A stretch of DNA of 64,000 nt from NCBI GenBank assembly GCA_951406725.2, contig OX597816.1, forward strand, positions 53,320,001-53,384,000, in the 5' to 3' direction. Source of the DNA: Octopus vulgaris (lineage: Eukaryota). The position numbers and the translations under genes are program-made. The notes under the pieces are model-generated. The model saw only the letters and a program-made list of their open reading frames with translations, made no database searches and was not told the origin of the DNA. Positions 50,840 through 63,947 of the stretch are shown in pieces. Each line of letters starts with the position of its first letter. The stretch's first letter is position 1.

Positions 50840-53657
50840 TGCTTCAATCTACTCAGCTGAAATGAGTACCTGTAGCTGCTGAAAGCAGATTGTTGTCCCT
50901 GCAGTGGATTGTTGTCACTACAGCAGATTGTTATCCCATTTCTTGGGTATCTATGTCCTCTTAGTCACTTACTTGCCTTGAAAACTGAGATAAGCTTCAA
51001 TTTAATTAATATTTAAGACCAAGAAAGGATTTTTTTTTTTAGATGTCTAGATTAGCAGTCTTGCAGATAGACAGATAGCCTGATAGACCAAAAGTCATGT
51101 AAGGTGGAAGATAAATAAATAAGTTTCATGACAGACAGGAAAGTTAACATGAGAATGGATGGATGAACAGACAGATGTACAACATTTGGGAATCAGATTA
51201 TCACAATATTGACAAATGACCACATCTGTTTGAAGTATCAGCATTTTCATTGTCCAGTTTCCATACTGTCATGTGTTGGACAGTTTGACAGCATCTGACA
51301 AGTCAGAGGACTGCATTATGCATCAATGTTTACTTTTACATGGTTTCTACAGATGGAGTTCTTCCTAATGCCAACCACTTTACAGAGTGTACTGGGTGCT
51401 CTTTTCATGACACCAGCACTAGTGTTGATTGCTTCATAAACTGCAACGACAAGGTTTTCAAGTGACCCCTATAAACAGTGAAAGACCAGAAAAGAGAGTA
51501 GATGATCCTAGTGGGGGGAAATGATTGATGGCAGGTAAAAGGAAAGAATAGAGAGTATTGTAAGGAACAAGCAAGAAAGAAAGGATGGTTTATGACAGAT
51601 ATTTTCTTAATCTAAAACAGAGGGAAAGGAAATGAATACGATGAAGGTGGTACCATCAGAATTTTATTGAAGAACATAGAGGAATCAAACTAAATACTCA
51701 AAAATTCCTGAAAGAAAATGTTACCATATGTATGTATAACAGTTATCATCAACAGATATTCAATAATAGTAGATTCTTTTGACTGATCAACTCTTAAAAC
51801 ATTATTTTTGATAACATGTTAACTGTGCAAAAAGTGTTAAGTATCAGTACAAGTGATTTATTTAATCCACTATATTGGTATTCTGAAATAATAGTGTTAC
51901 TTGTTCACTGCTTTTATATTACAAGTCAAGCAATTTTCTAGAGTGTAACACGTCAAAGTGAAAGTGAAAGCAAAACTGAAGGAGATACCGTGAAGTAGAC
52001 TGCTGCATCAGTCATTGAGGATACTTTAAGTCTTTTCTCAATAAGCATTATTGATATTGCTTATAACAAGAGAAAAGCTGAGAAAGTTAAAATTGGTTCA
52101 TATTCTTTCAAATTAGCTCATACTGAGATGTCAGAATTACTACAGCCACACATAAAGCTAGTTTGATGGACTTTCTTTAGGTAAAAGCTATAATAGTCTT
52201 TAATATTTGGCAAAGCAGCATAAACTTTGCCACAACTAGCACTGTTATATTTACGACATTGATTTTTTTATAACTTCTGGTTTTTAGCAGTGAGAATGAA
52301 GATTAAGGTTGGAATCTGCATCCCAGTAATTTTAACCTTACATTAATCTCTGAACCCAAGATTTTATCGCATTATTATATGTTAAACACTAAATTCATCT
52401 GAAGCTAACGAATCAATGAAGTTGAATAGTGCAGTGAATAATCTAATTGGATTACAGTAAAGTGTTTCAAAGAAACTAAACTTTTCTAGATTTTATCTCC
52501 ATGCCATAAGATGCTTAATTTATTAATTCTAAGCAGATATGGCTTAATTTCTCTCAAATTAAGCTTTGTAAAATTTGACCAAAAACAAATATTCTCTTCA
52601 TTGGTTTGGAAAAGATAAATGCTTCCAGTTTCTTAATTGAGAACCGAATTATAAGGCAAGAATGGATAAGATTCAATATTAGATAATAATTGGAATTTAA
52701 TTTTGATCTCTGTTACAGCTTATGATTAATAAAGTAGAACAGACATGATATGTAAATCTCTCTCTGTACACATGGAGTATTTAGTGACTCTTTACTCAAT
52801 AAATTTGTGTCGTTCTATAATTGTCCTATGTATTATACAGTTACAAGCAAGCTGAGTGGGTAAAATGTGGGCTTCGCAGCCATGATGTTCTAGATTTGAT
52901 CCCACTGAAAGGCCTCAGCCTCATTGCACTTTTGACACGCTGAATCTACTTTTCACTTATATTTAGAATACATATGCTTGTGAAATACTCAGCCACTTCA
53001 TATGCTAGTTTATGAATAGGTTGTCCAGCTGTTCCAACAGATGGATGCTCGTAAGTCAAAACTAACTGAAGAGTCTTTCACTTATATATCATTTATACTT
53101 TTAGCATAATATACTGAATGCATAAATGATATTAAATTTCACTACAATTTTGTTTTTCTTCTTTTTTGCATTTTATTAAGTTCCCATCCTTTTGTAGGAA
53201 AATATTATGATTTCAAGTCTAAAGACTGTACTAAGTGATGTCTTGAACAAGAATATTGTTAGATTTCCAGTCGTGCAATACAGATACACAATTTTTTTAA
53301 TAATGGACCTAATACGTTATCCAGTTAGATCATCACTTAGCACCAGTGTGTAATAATCCATGGGGACAGTTTGACCAGCTGATCAAAAATAAAAAAAAAA
53401 AGAAATATAAAAGGGGAGGTATTTCACCCCAAGTTTTCAAGTCAGGCAAAAAAAAAATATAAAGACAGCACTGTAAACTCAAAAGAAACACCAAGGATTA
53501 AGAAACTGGTTTCTTGAAGATTTATAAAGATTATACACTTATTATTTCATATGTGAGACAAAATAAACAAAAATTACTCCCCCAACACATACATATATAT
53601 AAATGAAGTAATAAGATATATATATATATATATATAAATCAATAAAACAGCACTTAC

Positions 53658-53784
53658 TTGACATAATATATCCTTCCTGAAGAGTGCAGTTTTGCCTCAC
53701 AGTTATCAGGTAGCTGATTGTTAAGTCCTTGGATGTAATCCACGCAGAGAAGAGCCATGCAGTGGGTCTTATCGCAGACAGACA
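53658..53784 (-). CDS. Exon of a host gene encoding the N-terminal half of a WW domain (..SVCDKTHCMALLCVDYIQGLNNQLPDNCEAKLHSSGRIYYVN..)
   Basis: Minus-strand acceptor cattttacttttgttttattag-type tract (ttattttacttttgttttattag) and donor AA|gtaagtg flank a unique non-repeat 127 nt. The open frame matches the WW consensus LPxGWExxxxxxGRxYYVN/D, and the phase-2 intron inside N is typical of WW genes. Gene identity not determined. Confidence 0.8.
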
Positions 53785-55522
53785 CTAATAAAACAAAAGT
53801 AAAATAATATGTCTTAATTTTCTGACTGTACACTTACACATGTATTGATGTCAAGGACATCTATATGCAGGTGTTGGATTAACTGCATACTATCTTAGCT
53901 TATATGGCAACAAATGCAAATACATCAATGATTTTGCTTTTCTTTTGCTCAAGAAAAGCATGTAAATATTTTATAGTATATACACATTCATATGTTATAT
54001 TGATAGTATATAAAATCTACAGTGAGAATATAGGTAAGCAAGATTTCAACAAGTATACATAATATATGTTTCACATATATTAATGGATATACAATGCTTA
54101 CATGAAGTTTTGGTAAGATAATATGAATCTGTTTCTGAGGTATGCTTGTTTAATAAGTGATTTATTCCCAGACGTAGGAGTGGCTGTGTGGTAAGTAGCT
54201 TGCTTACCAACCACGAGGTTCTGGGTTCAGTCCCACTGTGTGGCACTGCTAATTGATCCAGAAGCCTCGGGTTCTCAGTATCAGCTACATGTGACGGCAG
54301 GTGGTATGTCTGCTGTGTTCGTCTGACATTGAATTCATCGCAGAAGTTCTGGGGTCGATTTGCTCAACTGAAGGTAGTGCTCCAGCATGGCTACAGTCAA
54401 ATGACTGAAACAAGTAAAAGAGTAAGCAATGTGTCGGAAGCATAGAAGCAGAGCAAGCAGGGGAAACGAGGGTAAGTCGCCTCTGGACATAGGTGTGAAT
54501 GGGGGCATATTATGCTGATTATAATACGCGTTAATTAGAAAGAGAAGCACCAAAATTTTCTTCACTGTTACCCCACCCCCACATAAGCCATCCCCAGTAC
54601 TAAGAACTCTTTCTATATCACTGCCATGTGTTGAAATGGAAGCAGTTGCATCATGGAAGAACCATTTTAGTCATTAATAAAATAAAATAAATGCGCCCTT
54701 TTAAAGCCTAACCAGGCCCATGGGCCCGGTTTCCCAGTTTCTATGGCGTATGTGTTCCCTAGCTGGACAGGACGCCAGTCCATCACAGCGTTACTCATTT
54801 TTGCCAGCTGAGTGGACTGGAGCAATGTGAAATGAAGTGTTTTGCTCAAGAACACAACGCGTTGCCTGGTCCAGGAATCAAAACCACAATCTTACGATCA
54901 TGATGCTGACACTCTAACCACTAAGCCAGGTGCATCCACATTTTAGTTATTAAAGAACACACAAAATATATGTCTTTATGAAACAGTAAATGGTACTGCT
55001 ACAAAATGCTTTTTTATGATTTAAAAGTTGCACATAAAGTCAACATTAGGGAGAGAATTACATTAACTGCAAATCTAGTTCACTGTAGTAAGGATTCCAC
55101 TACCTTATAGCATATTCTATAAAATGCATTAAGCTCTCTGCAAATATCTACAACAATGTGTCAGAAAGCTATTGCAAATTCAAAAATTCTCTGTCATTAA
55201 ATCATAAACAAAATGTCATCTATTTCAATATTTAATATCTCATTTCCAAAACATGCTAACATTTTTTAGGATAACATTGTTTACATTAAGTAAAAACTTG
55301 GGCTCAAAGAAATCAATGGTGGTCTGTGTGGATAAAAGGTTTATAGTGAAATCCATATATATATTGGATAAATTTATGGTGATAAAGTTTTATTTCTACA
55401 GTCATCTATACATTGGATTCACATTTTAAACTAACATTTAAATACAAAAAAATGGAAAAAAGATGAAAAAGGAAAAGAAAGAAAAGTGGAGTAAAACAGG
55501 AACCATACACTCCAGAATAAAT

Positions 55523-55810
55523 GGTGTGCTCAGCCACACCCCGTGGTAATGACTGTGGTGGCATTGCCATGGTGTGCTCAAGCGCACCCCGTGGTAATGA
55601 CTGTGATGACATTACCATCGTGTGATCAGCCACACCCCTTGGTAATGACTGTGATGGCATTGCCATGGTGTGCTCAGCAGCACCCCGTGGTAATGACTGT
55701 GATGGCATTGCCATGGTGTGCTCAGCAGCACCCCGTGGTAATGACTGTGATGGCTTTGCCATGGTGTGCTCAGCCGCACCCCGTGGTAATGACTGTGATG
55801 GCATTGCCAC
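55523..55810. repeat. 48-bp minisatellite, 6 copies
   Basis: Unit ggtgtgctcagcagcaccccgtggtaatgactgtgatggcattgccat, with no indels. Confidence 0.95.
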
Positions 55811-55833
55811 AAAGAATGGCCAGCAATACTCAC

Positions 55834-55842
55834 TGCAGTAGC
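55834..55842 (-). CDS. Candidate 9-nt micro-exon (GCTACTGCA) upstream of the WW exon
   Basis: Minus strand reads ggtattttcttctccccacag|GCTACTGCA|gtgagta, with a strong acceptor and donor 9 nt apart. Splicing to the WW exon gives ..TAC TGC A|TG TCT GTC.. in the WW frame. Confidence 0.4.
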
Positions 55843-56304
55843 CTGTGGGGAGAAGAAAATACCAATTTGCTTTTTTCCCTGTTTTATAATAGGAACTGTT
55901 TTTCATAGATCTATGAATACAATATTTGGACACATCAACTGTGTTGCATTCTAGACTCACAGAGGGTTTCAGGCCTTGCAACATACACCCTCATCCAGGT
56001 GACTTGACTGAAGTTGACCAAGTCTCCATCTTTGTCCAAGTGGTATTCTGATGACCTTAACCAGTCCCCTCTTTTCAATCTAGATACTATCTCTACAACT
56101 TTCACATTGTTCTTGATAGCTGATGTCCTGCTCAATCCCATAATACCCAAGGTTCCATTATTCTTAATATAGGGAAAAACCTACAAACCTTTAAATATGT
56201 ACCTCTATTGGCATGCACCTATCATTTCAACCATATGTGAAAGAGGCCTTTACTTCATAGTTTATTTATGGAGAATCAAGCACAATTCGTTTATATGGCA
56301 TTAA

Positions 56305-56525
56305 CCCCTTTTGATACCAACCCGGCTGAAACCAGCTCTGGCTCTCAGTACAAATGTCTTGTTTGCATAAGTTTTGAATTAAAATCTTCCATCAAACCTT
56401 AGTCACAATTTATGTTCCTAACACTAGCTTAATGATAACGAAGTTATTTTATTAAATTCTTTGTTATATTTAAAGTAATTGAAAGAAACACAGAGCATCT
56501 CAAAATAAATACAGTAACGAAAGGG
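56305..56525. mobile_element. piggyBac-type MITE
   Basis: TTAA TSDs at 56301-56304 and 56526-56529, with ccc..ggg termini (cccttttgatac / gtaacgaaaggg). Confidence 0.85.
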
Positions 56526-56877
56526 TTAACTGCAAAATGAATCTATAAATAGAACAACAGTTGCATAGACCTAACTTAAATTTAATAATCATCTCAGAAG
56601 ACAAGAAGTATATCAGAGGTAGTGAAAAATCTAGGAAACAAGTGAAGTTGTCAACCAAATCCAAACTTACTTAAGATCAATGGTATAGCTAGTATGGAAA
56701 CAAGGGGAGTGACTGATTCTACCAAACATATTTTTCAAAATTGGCACCTTTTCAACAATACTTTTTTAACTCTTTAGTTCACTAGTGTAATAAAAGTTGA
56801 ATCTCTTTTTTTTTCTGTTTGTTTGTTAATCACATGACCAAGGAAGAATTTCAAGTCATTACTTTATCTGACCATGT

Positions 56878-57018
56878 AGCGCAGGAGTGGCCACATGATA
56901 CTGGGTTCATTCCCACTGCATGGCACCTTGGGCAAGTGTCTTCTACTATAGCCTCGGGCCGACCAAAGCCTTGTGAGTGAATTTGGTAGACGGAACTGAA
57001 AGAAACCTGTCGTATGTA

Positions 57019-57074
<56 letters not shown>

Positions 57075-57300
57075 CATGTATGTATGTGTGTGTATATGCT
57101 TGTGTGTATGAGTTTGTCCCCCAACATCGCTTGACAACCGATGCTGGTGTGTTTACATTCCTGTAACTCAGTGGTTTGGCAAGAGAGACCGATAGAATAA
57201 GTACTAGTCTTACAAAGAATAAGTCCTGGGGCCGATTTGCTTGACTAAAGGCGGTACTCCAGCATGGCCACAGTCAAATGACTGAAAAGAGTAAAAGAGT
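56878..57300 (+). mobile_element. SINE family A
   Basis: Homology to 19790-20230. Confidence 0.85.
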
Positions 57301-58784
57301 CTCCCTTGTTTATGAACTATCCGCTAAATTTCTTGTGATGTGTTGGTGGCTGTTGATATCTGAAGAACCAAAACAAATTCTTACACCATAACCTCTCAAC
57401 ACTGGACAATTCCATGGGGTTTCATATTTTCATGTCACACCTAAATTGGTAGTTGTAAGCTTCATACATAATGACTTTATTATTGAAACAGGAAATTAAT
57501 GAACATATAATTATGCATATTATAAGCTCCACGAGGCTCTGGTGGGGGGTGGGGGGATGAAACCCGCTGTACTCTTTCACCACAACTTTCTCTCACTCTT
57601 TCTTCCTACTTCTGCCACAAAGCAGAGGAACCATGGTGTAACCCACTATGGTGTGGTAAACTTTCAAACCCTAGTCTAGATTGCGAATCCTCTGTACCCC
57701 AGGATGGTTCAGCTCTCCACCCATTAAAGGTCACCGTCTATGGAATGAGGATAACAATGTAGCTTTCGCGCCTGTGCAACCATCAGTCTATTGCATGTGG
57801 TGGGTGGATCTTCAAGTTGCCACACTCATTCTTAGTAGCTTAGAGTAGGCTCGAATTAGAGATTGTTCTTTGTGGCTAATGGTGTGAGTCCTGATTGGAA
57901 GAAGAAGACAACAGCTACAAGGAATTAAAAATAATTAATATTTTCATGATTTCTTCCAAATTCAACTTATGGAAGTCAGTGTACTTAATCTGGCCTTCAG
58001 AAAAAAAAAAAGAAAAAAGAATGTAATCGGCAAATATACATATATTCAGTATGAAGAGTTTGTGAAGAATGGACTGTAATTTAAAACTCTATGGAATTAT
58101 GAAATATTTGGCAATATCATGTTTGAAAGACAAGGAAAATAATAACAAAAAAAATTGTTATGGAATGGTTGGCCACACAAACAAAGCTATTGTTTCTTTC
58201 TAAATATGAGAACAATTCTATCATCTCATCCTCACTGACTATGGGTGGAGGTATTTAATAAATTCAATCATCATATTTCTAAACCTCAAAAGAACCAAAC
58301 ATGATGAAATCCATCAACCAAACATGAATACATTTCTAATGGATATACATAGATACACATAGACAGACACACACATGCACACACAAACTAACACTCACAG
58401 ATACATAAACACAGTTGAATTAGTACTGATACATACTTCTACACATAGTTTTCATTTACATATACGCATCATGAATACAGTTACACTTGCACAAAGATCT
58501 ATTACATGTACACAATTATAATACAGTTATAGTACATCATCAGAGTCACATACATATGTGCGTATATTTACATACACAGCAAAAACTATGTTACCACAGA
58601 TCTTAATGCTATAAGTGTTAATAAAACCACATTCATTTCATTAATAATTCTATCAAAAAAACATTATTACATCCCTAGATGAAAGGTAGACCATAAATTA
58701 GATATTGCATGGTAATCTCTTCAGACAGACATGCAGCCAGACAGAGTGACTGGTACAGAGACAGATAGACTGACTCAGAGGGGG

Positions 58785-58806
58785 AGAGAGAGAGAGAGAG
58801 AGAGGC

Positions 58807-58863
<57 letters not shown>

Positions 58864-58922
58864 AACACAGTTGGGGAGAAAGACATACAGAGAATGGTAG
58901 GAGAGAGAGAGAGAGAGAGAGA
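58785..58922. repeat. (GA)n/(GACA)n microsatellite
   Basis: Seen directly in the sequence. Confidence 0.9.
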
Positions 58923-60706
58923 GGTAGGGGTCAGTCAAGCAGAAAGACAGAGAGTGTGGCAAACAGATAATACAGAGAGCTATACTGAAAGAAAGACAGA
59001 GAGAGAAAAAAAGAGAGGGGTGAGTGGGTGCATAGATAGTCTGACTGCCAGATAGACTGATAGATTACCAGAGACACAGTAAAGACCATCTTCATCATCA
59101 TTCACATACATTTTGCCATGCTTGCATATGATGCTTGGACATTCGTTTCTTCAGCCAATGTCTCCCCAGTTGTTGTGTGTCCCTTGTTACATCCTCAGCA
59201 AGATTCAGCATTTTTGAAATCAACCTTTACTTGTTTCAGTCATTTGACTGTGACCATGCTGGAGCACCGCCTTTAGTCAAGCAAATCGACCCCAGGACTT
59301 ATTCTTTGTAAGCCTAGTACCTATTCATCGGTCTCCTTTGCCAAACCGCTAAGTTACGGGGATGTAAACATACCAGCATCGGTTGTCAAGCAATGTTGGG
59401 GTTTCAAACACACACATACAGACATACATATATATACACACACATATATACGACGGGCCTGATCAGTTTCTGTCTACCAAATCCACTCACAAGGCTTTGG
59501 TCAGCCCAAGGCTATAGTAGGAAACACTTGCTCAAGGTGCCACGCAGTTGGACTGAACCCGGAACCATGTGGTTGGTAAGCAAGCTACTTACCATGCAGC
59601 CATTCCTACACCTACCTTCAACACAGCTTTCTTTCTCTTCCTTTATTTCCATCTTCTGCAAATTCCTTTGACTTGCATTGCTTAGTACTTCTTCATCTAA
59701 ACATCTCCCTTCATATATATTTCTTTACTACCCACAAAGGGCTAAACATAGAGGGGACAAACAAGGACAGACAAAGGGATTAAGTCAATTACATCGACCC
59801 AGTGTCAAACTGGTACTTTATTTATCGACCCCAAAAGGATGAAAGGCAAAGTCGACCTCGGCGGAATTTGAACTGAGAACGTAACGACAGACGAAATACC
59901 GCTAAGCATTTCGCCTGGCGTGCTAGCGTTTCTGCCAGCTCGCCGCCTACATCGCCCTTCATATATATCACATGTCCATGCTAGTACTGTTCCCTGTTTC
60001 ACACACTTGCAGCTGGCTCCCTTTATACATAGTGCTTCTCCTATTTCACTTGTGCTTCATGATTCAAGCTTGCTAACATAACACATTCTTTGGAGCATGC
60101 TCACCTCATTTTTTTCCCCAAGCCTTAGCATATCGCTTGTATTCAAGAGCCATCTTTTGTTATCATGCAATATCACACTCAATAGCAAGCCTCATATATG
60201 CTTTTTATGCAGACAAAGATTCCTTTAGAAGCTGGAATTTTTTGCCATTTCATTTTTTACTCTGGCAATTATGCTTTTTGAACATCCACTTTCATGCAGA
60301 TGTAAGTGCACATACACAAATACACACATGCATGTGCCTGTACACATACACACACACATATACACAAACACACATGCACACACATACACACTCATGTATA
60401 GGCATACACACACTCTCTTGTATATGCATGCTCACACATACACATACAGACACACACTCATTTATATGCATACACACACACAAACTCATGTATATGCATG
60501 CACAGACATAGACATACTGACACTCACACACAAATCCATTTGTATAGAGAGGTAGCCTGATACAGAGAGAGAAAAGAGAAAAAGAGAAAATGTAGACAGA
60601 TAGATTGGAAGAAAATTGCTTGATACAAAGAAAAAATAAGTACGCACACACATATATGTGTGTGCATGAATAGATAAGCTGACTGATTCCCCCCACTCTC
60701 TCTCAC

Positions 60707-60739
<33 letters not shown>

Positions 60740-60798
60740 ATATACATATATATGTATGTATATATACATATATATGTATGTATATATACATATATATG

Positions 60799-60866
<68 letters not shown>

Positions 60867-61498
60867 TGCAGGCATGGCTGTGTGGTAAGAAGATTGCTTT
60901 CTAACAACATGATTCTGGGTTCAGTACCACAGTGTGGAACCTTCAACAAATGTCTTCTACTACAGACTCAAGCTGACCAAAGCCATGTGAGTGAATTTGG
61001 TAGACAGAAGCTGGAAGAAGCCTGTTGTATATGTGTATATATATCATCATCATCATCGTTCAACATCCATTTCCATGCTGTATTAGATGGGTTGGATGAT
61101 TTGACTGAGGATTGGCGAACCAGATGGCTGCACCAGGCTCCAATCTGATCTGGCAGAGTTTCTACAGCTGGATGCCCTTCCTAAAACCAACCACTTCGAG
61201 AATGTAGTGGGTGCTTTTAAACGCCACCGGCACGAGGGCCAGTTAGGTGGTACTGGCAACGGCCTCACTCAAATGGTATTTTTTACGTGTCACCTGCACA
61301 GGAGCCAGTCCAATGGCACTGGTAACAACCTCGCTCGAATGTTTTTTCATGTGCCACCAGCACAAGTGCCAGTAAGGTGACGTTGGTAACGATCACGCTC
61401 GGATGTTGCTCATAACACTCCACTAGCCAGTCATCGAATTTGATCTCGATTTCACTTGCCTTAACAGGTCTTCCAATGAAGGAAAGGTACGCATAAGT

Positions 61499-61563
<65 letters not shown>

Positions 61564-61793
61564 TTCTGTGTGTCTGTATTTGTTCCCTGCCACCACTTCA
61601 CAACCAATGTTGGTATGTTTACGTCATCGTAACATAGCAGTTCAGCAAAAGAGACCAATAGAATAAGTACCTTATTTCTTTGGGTTATTTCTGGGTTTGA
61701 TTGATTCAACTATAAATTCTTCAAGGCAATGTACTTAACTGACAGTTGAGTACTAAAGTTGTCAAGAACTCAACTGTCAGTTAAATTTGTATG

Positions 61794-61831
61794 AAACCTG
61801 ATGAGTACACTATGTATGAAAGCGCTAATTT
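61794..61831 (+). ncRNA. Minimal hammerhead ribozyme motif, partly decayed
   Basis: aaac-CTGATGA-gtac-actat-gtat-GAAA-gcgc-TA-attt. Stem III (GCGC) is palindromic and stem I is weak. A perfect 17-bp inverted repeat (61735-61784) precedes it. Confidence 0.65.
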
Positions 61832-62429
61832 TGTTAAAATACTTAAATAAAAACATGAAAACCAGACTATGCTTTAACTTTATTTAACTAATATATTATT
61901 CTCTACACATTCACACAAATTCTAAACAAAATATATATATGACAGGCTTCTTTCAGTTTCCATCTGCTAAATCCACTCACAAGGCTTTAGTGGAAGACAC
62001 TGGCCATAATGTGGGATTGAACTTGGACCCTGTCATTGAGAAGCTAAATGGGTAACTGTCTGAAGTTTAACAGTGGCTGACAAGGTGAATCGTCACTGAA
62101 ACACTGAGATGTCCTGTCAGGCAGCTTGTGCGGAATATTCAAACAGAACTGGACAAAGGAATGAATTGGTCACTATATACAATCACTAAAAAATAATAGC
62201 CAACTTACAAACATACTCTTTTACACTTATGCTTGTTTCAGTCATTTGACTGTGGTCATGCTGGAGCAGCGCCTTTAGTCGAGCAAATCGACCCCAGGAC
62301 TTATTCCTTGTAAGCCTAGTACTTATTCTATCAGTCTCTTTTGCCAAACCGCTGCATTACAGGGACGTAAACACACCAGCATCGGTTGTCAAGCGATGTT
62401 GGGGGGGGGGGCAAACACAGACACACAAA

Positions 62430-62488
<59 letters not shown>

Positions 62489-63212
62489 TCCCTACACAAA
62501 TTCTTATCTATTCTCCAATGGTCAATAATAGAAGTTATCATCATCATCGTCATTATCAGACAGAGAGCTGGCAGAATTGTTAGCATGCTGAGCAAAATGC
62601 TTCATGTTCTGAGTTCAAATACTGCCGAGGTCGACTTTGCCTTTCATTCTTCCAGGGCAATAAAATAAGTAAGTTGAGCACTGGGATCGATGTAATTGAC
62701 TTGTTCCCTCCACCCAAACTTGCTGGCGTTGTGGCAAAATTTGAAACTATAATTATTATTAATATTATTATTATTGTTTTTGTTGTTGTTGTTGTTATTA
62801 GTATCATCATCATCATCATTATCATCATTATCATAAAGGCAGTGAGTTTGCAAAATGCTTAGCAGTATTTTATCCATCTTTACATTCTGAGTTCAAATTC
62901 AGCCTAGGTTGACTTTGCCTTTCACTCTTTTGGGGGGCCAATGTAATAAGTACCAGATGAACACAGGGGTCAATGCAATCAACTTATCCTCTTTCCCGCA
63001 AATTACTGGCCTTGTACAAACATTTGAAGCCATTATTATAAGTTGCAGTATTAGTGTTACCCTATTTTGAAAATGGCGACTATGCTAATAACATTTGGTT
63101 ATTAATGTTTTAGCATCATATATATTAAAGTGTTTTTGTTTCCTTCACAAGATCATGTTGCAAATGTTTCCACTATGGAACTGTCTTCTTGCACTCCTGG
63201 CAACAACAACTG

Positions 63213-63947
63213 CTGTGGAGGTGCAATGGTCCAGTGGATAGGGCAGCAGACTCGCGGTCATATGAAAGTGGTTTCGATTCTGCGAGCTGGCAGAAACGTT
63301 AGCGTGCCGGGTGAAATGCTTAGCGGTATTTCGTCTGCCATTACGTTCTGAGTTCAAATTCCGCCAAGGTCGACTTTGCCTTTCATCCTTTCGGGGGCGA
63401 TAAATTAAGTACCAGTCATGCACTGGGGTCGATGTAATCGGCTAAGCCCCTTTGTCTGTCCTTGTTTGTCCACTCTATGTTTAGCCCCTTGTGAGCAATA
63501 AAGAAATGAGAACGCGGTTTCGATTCCCAGACCGGGCATTGTGAGTGTTTATTGAGCAAAAGCACCTAAGCTCCACGAGACTCTGGTGGGTGGGGGGGTG
63601 AACCCCGCTGTACTCTTTCACCACAACTTTCTCTCACTCTTTCTTCCTACTTCTTCCACAAAGCAGAGGAACCATGGTGTAACCCACTATGGTGTGGTAA
63701 ACTTTCAGACCCTAGTCTAGATTGTGACCATCTCTGGATGGTCCAGCTCTCCACCTGTTAAAAGCCACCATTTATGGAATGAGGATAACAACATAGCTTT
63801 CGTGCCCATGCAACAGCCAGTCAATCGCGTGTGGTGGGTGGATCTTCAAGTTGCCGCACACATTCTTAGTAGTTTAGTGTAGGCTCAATTTCGAGATTAT
63901 TCTTTGTGGCTAATGGCGTGAGTCCTGATTGGAAGAAGAAGAAGAAC
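63213..63947 (+). mobile_element. Composite tRNA-headed retroposon with (GAA)n tail, interrupted by SINE B; 5'-truncated copy at 57524-57910
   Basis: tRNA-like head tggtccagtggatagggc..ggtttcgattccc. Segment 63568-63945 aligns with 57524-57910 over about 380 bp. Confidence 0.75.
63281..63510 (+). mobile_element. tRNA-derived SINE family B (MetaSINE-like domain). Other copies: 1356-1570, 11044-11270, 13230-13445(-), 16105-16300, 38856-39080, 39620-39855, 44943-45170, 47775-48227(-, dimer), 59718-59948(-)
   Basis: gagctggcagaa..gagttcaaattcc head and gcctttcatcctttcggggtcgataaattaagtacc core. A 13-bp TSD g(t/c)ggtttcgattc is at 63268-63280/63514-63526. Confidence 0.9.

Noticed and set aside
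55523-55810. CRISPR-like array
   Set aside because: Pure 48-bp tandem repeat without spacers.
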